From Macrostomum lignano (lineage: Eukaryota), in assembly GCA_002269645.1 (NCBI GenBank), contig NIVC01000283.1, positions 248,001 through 312,000 of the forward strand: DNA of 64,000 nt, given 5' to 3'. A program made the translations under genes and the position numbers. The notes under the pieces are model-generated. The model did no database searches. It had not been told where the DNA came from and was given only the letters and a program-made list of their open reading frames with translations. Positions 12,170 to 21,357 of this stretch are shown here, in pieces. The number at the start of each line of letters is the position of its first letter. Positions within the stretch are counted from its first letter, which is position 1.

Positions 12170-13070
12170 TTAATTAATTTCTGTGTCAGCTGGTATCCCT
12201 AGGAGTTCAGCTCTAGTGAATGACCGTGTAGGGGATTTAGGGTTAAAGGCCTGAGATAAAAAGTAATACTCTCCAGAGTCGGATGTAAAATGTCTGTCTA
12301 TTTTATGCACATCAAGGCTGAAGTATGGATCTGTAGCTCTTCTTTTAGTGGCTTTCTCTAGCTCTCCGGGTAGATATAAAAAACTTAGAAACTCAGAGTC
12401 TTGTTTAATTGCATGGGACGGTTTCAATCCAGTCATGCGTGTGACTTCATTGTTCAGTTGCTCTATAACAGTGGGGAGGCGGTCTGTCCATTTTGTCCCG
12501 CACTCAGTTTGAGTTCATTCGCTGTCTGCTAAGCGAATAGTCTATTGGCTAGAGTTAGATTGAATCTCTCAACGTACGCTTGGTCCCTGTGTAAGTCTGT
12601 TCTGCCATAGCGTATTTCCGTATTGTGCTTTTGTAGGAGACTTCTTACTGCCCCATAGAATTCCTTACCCTGATCAGCCATGAACGTTTCTGGATAGGTT
12701 AGAGAAGAGGTTTCATAGATCACTTGCAGTGCACTGGGAACAACCTCTGACTTCTTCGTCTTGAGTGGGCGAGCTTCCTTACATCTGGAAGCAATGTCTA
12801 CGTATAACTATGAGAGCATACTTGTAGCCTGAGTCATTGGGGAGAAACAAAAGATCTGCTTGGTGCGCCTCATTACGTTTATAAATACTGAAATGGGGCC
12901 TTTCAAATTTTACTGGTGGGAAATAGACTTGGTAGACTGCTTGCTTGGAGAGCCATCTTTCAACTGTTTGTTTTGATTCATTACTTAGTTCTGCAAGTTT
13001 GGCGACTGCATTTTTGCCTACAAAGAATCCTTTGTCGCTGTAGTAGATAGATTGAAGTTTTTGCTGTCAT
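12170..13070 (-). pseudogene. Polinton-type retroviral-like integrase (rve), frameshifted
   Basis: IYYSDKGFFVGKNAVAKLA..WLSKQAVYQVYFP..NEAHQADLLFLPND..YKYAL..VDIASR; ADQGKEF; VERFNLTLANRLF; RRATDPYFS..RSFTRAELLGIPADT. Confidence 0.9.
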
Positions 13071-13100
13071 TTTTTTTAAAAAGAAAATTTTAACTAAATA

Positions 13101-13570
13101 ATGCAACGCTATAGTGGTAACTTGGATTCACATGGATTAATTGAAAAGCTTCCTCATCCAAACAAAGGCTGGACAATTCCCGGCTACAAATATTGCGAGC
13201 CTTTGAATCCACTTGAAATACAGTTAGATAAAAACAATAATCTAAATCCTGGGCATGAGCCTGTGAACGAGCTAGACTCTGTCTGCATGTGGCACGACGT
13301 TAAGTATAGGGATTATCCTGAGAAGAATCGCTGGGACAAAAAATGCTTAGGAGATTAGACAATATGGGGACTTCAAGTGGGTGGAAGGAATCGATCGCTC
13401 GGAAGCTAGTTAAAGCTGCTATTTTTGGAAAGACAAAGTTGGGGTTGGGGCTTGGCGGCTGTTTGGAAGAAGGGGTGGGCTTTGTATTGCAAGCGCCAAG
13501 TAAGGAACTAGGAAGACTGCTGAAAAAGCTGGGGGTTGAGAAGGCAATGCCGCAGAATTTCATGCAGTAG
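13101..13570 (+). pseudogene. Parvovirus-type phospholipase A2 domain protein (adintovirus PLA2X-like), frameshifted
   Basis: WTIPGYKYCEPLNPL...PVNELDSVCMWHDVKY, then a frameshift to ...ARKLVKAAIFGKTKLGLGL. Confidence 0.8.
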
Positions 13571-13782
13571 AGGTGGTTGGAAAAAATGGAAAGATCAATA
13601 CTTCTGACAATAAAATAGCTTCTGAGCAGGGGATATGAGTATCAAAGAGCAGTAAAGAAAAGAAAAAAGTCAACCGCTTCGCATGCATGCATGGACAAAT
13701 TCAGAGGTAAACTAGCCCGCCCATATAATACACCCCGAAAGAGAAAAAATATACCGCCACTAGCAAACGCCTAAGCGCAAGC

Positions 13783-14491
13783 ATGGAAACGCAAGAGGAA
13801 GAAGCACCTACGCAAGAGGGAGAAGCACCTACGCAAGAGGGAGAAGAAGCACGTAATGCAAGAGGGAGAAGAAGCGCAACAAGTAATCAGCGCCAAAACG
13901 ATTACAGGTGTGTTAGAACATATATATGCTAATTTTGTAGCTGAAGAAAAGAAAAGCAGATTGTAAGGCGTTTATTAATGGAATATATAGACAATTTCCT
14001 CAATACTTTTAAGAGGCAGAAGTTAAGAAGCATTTGAAGGAATTGAAAGAACGTGAGAAAAAAGCTAAACAGAAGAAGATAAAAGAAGTCAGAGAGAAGA
14101 AGAAAAAGAGCCTCCACGCAAAGCTTAGAACTTCGATAGCTAATGTGCACTATGATCTGTCGCCGACATCACTAGAACTACCACATCAAGAGCCAATAGG
14201 AGGCTGTGAACAAACTACGAAGCCTGGTAAACCACTCCGAAAAATGTTAATGCATCGCTATTGTGGCAACGAATAGTGATCGGACAATGGCTAACCTACA
14301 TCCACAGATTGTTGGATAAGAAGGCAGAGCTCATTGTCTATTTAACGGCACAAGAAGTTAATATTAGTAAGACTGATATCTACTTTAATATGAAAGTCTC
14401 TCGTTTGGCCGATGAGTATCCACGTGTACGGCTTCTTAAGTTGCCAATTAGGGAGATCAAAACAAATTTTAGATTATCGAAGAGCTGGTGA
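13783..14491 (+). pseudogene. Decayed unassigned Polinton-associated ORF(s) with an N-terminal 21-bp repeat (TQEGEAP) and a Lys/Glu-rich stretch
   Basis: ACGCAAGAGGGAGAAGCACCT repeated about 3-4 times. Frame fragments are interrupted by stops. Confidence 0.4.
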
Positions 14492-14742
14492 AGGAGGATG
14501 GCGCATACTGGAGAAAGTAAGTTAATCAATACAAATGTATATGGTTACATACATTATGCGTTAAACCTTTGCTATTATAACGGGTTGAACTGTTATTAAA
14601 TATTTACAGTCCATGAGGATATTATCCTATTGAGGCCCTTCGAAGAGAAGCTAAAAGTCTACACATGCTAGACATTGGTCTGACTATTTTTTATTTAAAC
14701 TAGCTCATAATATCACATGACACTAGAAGCATATTTTTGTGC

Positions 14743-14898
14743 TGTACTCATTCCTATATGCTTCTTAAACAAGTTTCGCGCGAGAAACCTGCATAGCAAC
14801 CTGGCAAGCTTTTTTATTGATCAATGTACTCATTCCTATATGCTTCTTGAACAAGTTTCACGCGAGAAACCTGCATAGCAACCTGGCAAGCTTTTTTT
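14743..14898 (+). repeat. 82-bp tandem duplication
   Basis: TGTACTCATTCCTATATGCTTCTT...GGCAAGCTTTTTT at 14743 and 14825, with 2 mismatches seen. Confidence 0.95.
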
Positions 14899-15045
14899 AA
14901 CGAGAAACCAAATCCAGTGAAAAGAGTTGTATTGAGTAATAAGGAGATTCACGAGATTGTGCTACAGTTTAAGACTGAAGATGGGGTGGGTGTTGATTTC
15001 AACGGTGAAGAGTTTGTATTGAAATTGATCATTGAAAGAATGTAA
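14743..15045 (+). pseudogene. Polinton minor capsid (penton)-like C-terminus
   Basis: PGKLFF-NEKPNPVKRVVLSNKEIHEIVLQFKTEDGVGVDFNGEEFVLKLIIERM* resembles penton C-termini (I.I...D.DG..IDFNGE...L.L). Disrupted by an 82-bp duplication. Confidence 0.55.
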
Positions 15046-15464
15046 AAAAATTACAATTGTCTAATGATTTCTGCAAAGTTATAGTAGCTGTCGTAATCTT
15101 TTACGTATGTTACTCCATACTTATGAAACCAGTGAGATTAAAGTGCTTGATTAACATTGGGGACACTGATATCAACGCTGGGCCAATATTTTCTCATGTA
15201 CTCGCTGCATTCAAGTTTGCATCGGTACTTACTCTTGTAATTAGGTTCGTGCGCTTTGTAATAAGAACCTGGAGAGACAACTGGAAACATTTTTTATTGA
15301 GAATTTAATTTTTTCAAAGGGTAAGGACCCTCGGTTTGGGGATTTAAGGTCTTAGGGATCTGGTAGCACGTTGCGGATTGAATGTGGGGAGAAGAATGTA
15401 GATTATTTTCTTATTGTTTCGAAGATGCTATGGGTGGATGTCAGTGGATTATGTCAGTGTCAGT

Positions 15465-15500
15465 GAGCATAACAGGTGTCAGTGGACACCTGTTATGCTC
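15465..15500. other. Perfect 16-bp-stem hairpin with a 4-nt loop
   Basis: GAGCATAACAGGTGTC-AGTG-GACACCTGTTATGCTC. Confidence 0.95.
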
Positions 15501-15797
15501 TGATTCTGTCAGGGATAATATAGATGGATTTAGGTGGATTACGGATGTTTTGTGAGCGAGTGCGGCCCTTTTTTGATTCAGGGCTAATATGGATGGATTT
15601 AATGGGATTATGGAGGACGTTAAAAAAATTGTCCCAGAAGCCCCCTCATGCATTCTACTACTCTGAATGAATACAAATATGGGGGGGGGCATTTACAATC
15701 GGTGTGCTTTAATATTTCTGCTTTATATTCATCGTAAGCTTTATCAATTTCTTCAATTAGTCGAGCCTTTTAAGTGGGTGTTTTTATTTGAGAAAAA

Positions 15798-15992
15798 GAT
15801 ATAATAGAATCATAGTATTTTTGTGGTAGAGCATTTCGAACATTTGGGTTATTAATTAGCTTCCATTTTTAGGCAGATTTTAGCCATGTAGTTTTCATTT
15901 TTAAGTCACAAACTTTTTTTTAATTGTTTGAAACTTGCATGACCTCTTTGCTTATATTATGACTCAGAGTTGTTCTTTGACAGAGTAGGCAA
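15798..15992 (-). repeat. Inverted copy of 1443-1636
   Basis: Reverse complement aligns to 1443-1636 with a 4-bp indel. Confidence 0.85.
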
Positions 15993-16284
15993 ACTTCACT
16001 CAATTGCCCCGAAGGGTCGCAGACAGTCTAATGACTAACACGGGAATTCGGGGTTTTCTATTATACTCATCATATAACGAAGCGTCAACCTTAGATTCAA
16101 ACAGGCTACAACAGGAAGGTGAGTTGCTTACTCATGAAAAGCGCTTTTATTATTTTCAGCACTCCACCCCAAGTTCTAATTGTGAGTATAAGAACGACGA
16201 AATCTAAAAAAACTAGTCACATTAAAGTCTCTTATTTAGGCACAAATCCTAATATCTAAGAACTCGACTAAGAAACGAATTATC

Positions 16285-17172
16285 ATGGCATCATTGAAAG
16301 AAGCAAAGATATCATCTATTGTCGAGATTGCTACGAATTTGTCAAGGAAGGATGAGTCGCTAATTCGTTGCCGCCTTAAAGACTTCTCGGAGAAGGAATT
16401 AGAGGCCTTACATGATAGTTTAGAAAAGTTGGATGGAGTGAGTGAAAAGAAGGCGACCGCCCAAAGGAGGAAAGAGAATAGTTATGTGGAGAATGTGCTA
16501 GAGACGATCTATCGGAAGTTAGAGGAGAACGAAGATAGAGGAGTTAGTGTGTGCGTGGAAGCGATTACACAAGGCCTATCCCACGTTGGCCTCAAGCTTG
16601 AAGGTACGCCCAAACACGATTTGATTGAAAGATTTAGGAAACTTAAGACATCTATTGAAGCTCTATCGATTGCTAAGGCAATGATGCAATTCGAGCAAGG
16701 TAGACTTATCTACTATTTAAGCGCCAAGTATCAAATGCCAGAGCGAGAGCTGGCCGACGCATTCAACATAACCATCCGGAAGGTTGAGGACTACAACAAA
16801 TACTATCAACTCTGCCTTGAATACCCAGGTTTAATTTTTTCTACCTATTCAATGGGCATAGTCATGAATTATAGTGCTGCGATTTGCAAGAAGGCAAACA
16901 TTGATGCTACGTTTAAGGAACTTCTCAAGATGCAACATGAGAGAGTAGCCTTGGTTTGGAAAGAAGGCCATCCTGAAGAAAAGCAAATTCACCAGTGGTA
17001 TGAAGACAGTAAGGGATTGCTTTACTATTGTGGTAATGTAAGTAAGTTCATTATTCTTAAAGCTTGCTTTTATATTGTAGCTTTCAACGAAGATCCTGAC
17101 GTGGTAGACAGAGCTGAGAACGCCGCCGAAGTCCGAGAGGTGTTCGAGGGTGGAAAATGGGTTAAGAAGTAA
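16285..17172 (+). CDS. Uncharacterised 295-aa helical protein (possible HTH-like segment); may have a short 3' intron
   Basis: Uninterrupted ORF with ATCATGG start context in AT-rich surroundings. The segment PERELADAFNITIRKVEDY is HTH-like. GT(AAGT)...TTGTAG near 17030-17080 could be an intron. Confidence 0.65.
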   Translation: MASLKEAKISSIVEIATNLSRKDESLIRCRLKDFSEKELEALHDSLEKLDGVSEKKATAQRRKENSYVENVLETIYRKLEENEDRGVSVCVEAITQGLSHVGLKLEGTPKHDLIERFRKLKTSIEALSIAKAMMQFEQGRLIYYLSAKYQMPERELADAFNITIRKVEDYNKYYQLCLEYPGLIFSTYSMGIVMNYSAAICKKANIDATFKELLKMQHERVALVWKEGHPEEKQIHQWYEDSKGLLYYCGNVSKFIILKACFYIVAFNEDPDVVDRAENAAEVREVFEGGKWVKK

Positions 17173-18129
17173 AAAATTTGCGTGCTATTTCCATAACTAT
17201 TTAACTGACTATCTTTTTAGTGTATACATGATTTTTTCTCATAGCTTAGAAAAATTAATGTGTTTTTATGCTCCAAACTCTTTTAGTGTATACATGACTT
17301 TTCTAAGCTATGAAAAAAATTCATGTGCTGTTTTAGACACAATGCGCCGAGGACAGAGAAAAATGGCCATTCATTGAATAAAAAGCTTCTATTGTGCTCC
17401 AGCGGGGCAGGCCATTGTGCCATCGGGCGCAGCTCGCGAACCATAGGTTCATTTTTGGATAGAGAATCTTTTGTGTTTGCGTCTTCTTAATTCTTTATAC
17501 AAAAAGAGTAAGAAAAAGAGCTATAAAATAAAACCACTCGAGATGCTTGTATACTAGCATTTTTAGTGTCTGCAGCTTCACTTTTTCTGTTACTAAGAAT
17601 AGACAGAAATGACACACATAACAGAAGCATAAAATCTGAACGAATTGCAAATAGGAGACCTGTAGAGTAACGTGCAGAAAATGGGTGGTAGTTTTGTTAT
17701 AGCTGACTGAATATCTAATGCAGAACCAAGAAATAATGGTTTACTGAAGGCCATTTTATATATTTGAATAAAATTTACTATCGTTAAATTGGATGACACT
17801 TTCAAATGGTATATACCATTACACGACATTTAATGAGAATGACTTAATAGTTAAGCTGCATTTCACTATATATATATTATGACTATTTTACCATCTTTTG
17901 GAACGAAGCATCAATCGCTGCCTTGCTTAAGTAATACACAGTCTTTTTTTGACATAAAGACCTACTCACTTTGTACTGTTGCGTGCAATTTTTGAAATTT
18001 CTACACATTATATCCAGTACATTGCATTAATACTCCTTACGTAACTATATTTTTGTTTCGCTTGTTCTCAAATAAATACGATTATCAATGTACAAAAGGG
18101 GTTTTTGCACATTTTTGTAGCGAGGGGGG

Positions 18130-19305
18130 TGTAGTAGGGCATTATTTTAGGAACAGGAATTAGTCACGGGACAAATACGCTTTTACCCTACTATCAGTAG
18201 TTTTAACCAAGGGAAGTAATTCGGGCGGGGGTAAATTGCTAATTTGGTGGTTTCTTTTTGTATTTAATTTGTATTTAATTCCTTTGCTAATCTTCTGCCA
18301 ATCAAGGAACCCAATGAGGGTTGCGCGGAGGAATGCCCAATTACCAGGAGGTCCTGACTGTAGGGCCTTTATCGGGCGATCGCGTCCTTCGTATACACGA
18401 AGAAATGGAAAATTGCCGAGACCGTCCAACAGTAATGTGGGTAGAGTTAGAGAGGCACGAGAGGCGAGTCCTCTCTCGCCTCTGCCCCTGCCTGAACAAC
18501 GGGCAGGTTCGATCACAAAAAGGGCTAAAAGCCCTATCGACTGAGATTCCCCAGTCAATGAAGTACAAAGGAGGTCAAGCCGTAAGTTGCATGTTTTACA
18601 AACTTAAAAAAAGTCATTATTGGAGTCCGTAGAATCGCGTAGATAGATAGCTTAAAAACCTACTCAAAGTACTACTACTACTGATATGGGATCTGCACAA
18701 ATGTCTTTATAAAATTTATAGTTGAGACTTTAGGCTTCAAAACAGTGTTGAACCCCGGAGATTCTGGGGGCAAAAACCGTCTGATTCTAGGGAGATTCTG
18801 GGAAGAGGTTTTGGGAACAGGAATTACCTGTGTTCCTTCAGAAGATTTCTCAACTGAAGTGGTACTTGAGGCTGTTGTTGACGTCCCAGAGGTACTCGAA
18901 CTTCGTTCGAACGGAGTTCCCGCAACTTGAAGGTGTCGCCAAACACTAAGCACTTGTTTAATATTGGTTATCATGTTTTTGTATTGATCCCCAAAAAGAA
19001 ATTTCAATGCAAATTCTCCTGTTATAAGAGTGATTCCATTGTCTAGTAAAATATTCTTAGGTTCCTTTGTAGTTTTATTGATGCATACATAATACAACTG
19101 GTAGGTGGGATAAGAATTTTTATAGTCTAACAGTCTCTGATATCTCCTTTCATGACTTGATGAATCGTCCGTGTTATCAGAAGATTATCAGAACAATTTC
19201 TTTTATTTTCTATTCATTTGTGTTAACCAAAACTTCATTGGTGTCCTGACTCACTTCTTTAAATCTAAGTGCTAGAATCAGGAAAGCAGGAACCTGGTGG
19301 CAGCG
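18130..19305 (+). mobile_element. LTR-like module 1 (PPT-TGTAGTAGGG...PBS)
   Basis: Preceded by the purine tract GAGGGGGG; starts TGTAGTAGGG; followed by TGGTGGCAGCG (19295-19305), complementary to the tRNA-Leu 3' end. Ends are similar to module 2. Confidence 0.55.
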
Positions 19306-19538
19306 AAATCTACCAAAGCTCAAACCAGTTGATCCACTAGAAAATTCAAACTATAAAACCAGTAGCCTAAGCCGCAGGTATCACGCCCATTCCATAGGGA
19401 TTAATTTAGAAGCTAGACCAGCAAGAGAGCATCATGCTCCAGATAGATTAACTATCAGGCCGAGCCAGAAAAGTTATGTGCAGAGGATAACGGAGTTGCT
19501 AAACCCATTTAACCTCTTGCAGCCCAAATTGAACTAAA

Positions 19539-19886
19539 ATGGCCGAAGCGCCCTTGCGCACACATCCCGCCAAGAAAATATATGGCATGAAACAATCGCG
19601 CGAAGACGAGGAAAATCAGGCGCCGCAGCCAAAAGTATCCCAAATTAAGGAGGAACCTACAACCCCGCCAAGGAACCTAAGCGAACTGGCAGAGCACCCG
19701 GACGAAGGGGCAGTGCATAGGGACCTGGTGCTCGATATAGACTTCGCCGCCCTAGAAAGAGCCATCAGTGAAGAGAATTTGCGGCGTGAATTAGATTTGT
19801 TCATGCATGATCTAGTTCAGCATGTGGAGGACACCATTGAGAGCGGAAGTCCAGAACTGGAGAAAGGTCTGACAGACCTGGCCTAG
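19539..19886 (+). pseudogene. Possible gag-like ORF remnant downstream of the PBS
   Basis: Position just after PBS and leader. No diagnostic motif. Confidence 0.3.
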
Positions 19887-20901
19887 CCAACTGAAGAAAG
19901 CACGGAAGACCAAACTGGCCAAGGCCAACCGGCAGCGGCTGTTCCGAGCGCGGAGCCACGACAGCTCTAGCTGTTGCCAAACCCTTTCGGCCCACCACGA
20001 TGGCCAAAAGCAACACCGCCGGAACCTGAACCACCGAGACGGGACAAAGGAGCCTTCAGGCGGCTGTTCACGGCTAGCGCCAAGGCATTGAAGAGGGCCA
20101 TCCTGGCTAGCGGAAGAGCGGCCAATGGGACCACCAGCTACCGGCAGCCTGCCAGGAATTCTTAGAACTGGCCTCTGAGGAAGAGGCGACCACAAACTAT
20201 GAGGTGGCCACCACCTATGTCCTACAAGCGGAGAGACGTGCGGGAGGGCCCTGGAGGTAAAGAGCCATGTTTGAAACTCTCGACGACATTCGTCACAGGT
20301 TCAGGGCGGCGCACATCCTGATTAACGGACTTATGTACCTGTTGGTACCCTGAAATGCAGACGCCAAGAGGATTAATAAAGAGACGGCAATGACACAATT
20401 ACATTAGCAGGGATTTAGTGCAATTAATTAGTTAGCAGGAATATTAAGAGATAGTTATAATTACTGCATTTGGCGCATAATAGTACAATTATATTAGCCT
20501 AATTTGCCTTTCTATGTGCCTAATAAATATTTACCACATTAACATTTCTTCTTTTACACTTGTAGTATAATCGTTTAATACTTATTCACATGATGGTGCC
20601 AATAATATTACTATTACTGTTTCTAGCTCTTTCATTATTCTGACATTACTGTTTCTAGCAATTTGCACTATTCTGTTACTAATATGACATTACTGTTTCT
20701 ATCTATTTCGTTGTCGCGTTTGCCATTATATATTCAGCTATCACTCTGTTCACCACTGCATTGGTACCTATTGACAGTATGTATGATCGTTGTAGCTACA
20801 CATTTCATTTTGCATGCGCCAACAAATAATAATATTCAAATATATAATTTAATAAGAAGGCTAAGTATGCAATGGGGATTGCAAAATTTTAAAAGTCGGG
20901 G

Positions 20902-21357
20902 TGTAGTAGGGAATTAATTAAGGGGGAGAATTAGTAACGGTACAGATATTCTTTTTGACTACTGTCAGTAGTTTTACTTAGGGTAAGTAATTAGAGCCTG
21001 GGATAAATCGCTAATTTTGGGGATTTTCTATATCTCCCGTTTTCTGTTTTCTATTTTCTATTGTGATCCCGTTTGTGAAATTGCTAACTCAGAACATTTA
21101 ATCAAGAAATCGGTAAGAGGCAGGGAAATTTTAAGGAAGTAAAATAAATTGTTAAGGTAGTCAATGCCGGGACAGTGCACAAGGTAGTCAATGCCTAAAT
21201 TTCTCGCACAATTAACTAAGTAAAGTAACAGCAATCATTGCATGCTTAATTTTTTCTCTTTTTTGAAGTAATAAATTTTGTTAATAATTGGTTTTCCTGT
21301 GTCACTTCTTTACCTCTAACTACTAGGATTAGGGAAACAGGAAGCCTGGTGGCAGCG
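20902..21357 (+). mobile_element. LTR-like module 2 (PPT-TGTAGTAGGG...PBS)
   Basis: AAAAGTCGGGG then TGTAGTAGGG; PBS TGGTGGCAGCG at 21347-21357. The first ~130 bp and the PBS-flanking ~190 bp resemble 18130+ and 19240-19400. Confidence 0.55.

Larger units (their letters stand above)
11698..15308. mobile_element. Decayed Polinton/Maverick (adintovirus-like) remnant
   Basis: Cluster of Polinton-type retroviral integrase, parvovirus-like PLA2, adenovirus pX-like hydrophobic motif and penton-like C-terminus. No PolB, major capsid, ATPase or protease seen; termini not identified. Confidence 0.85.
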
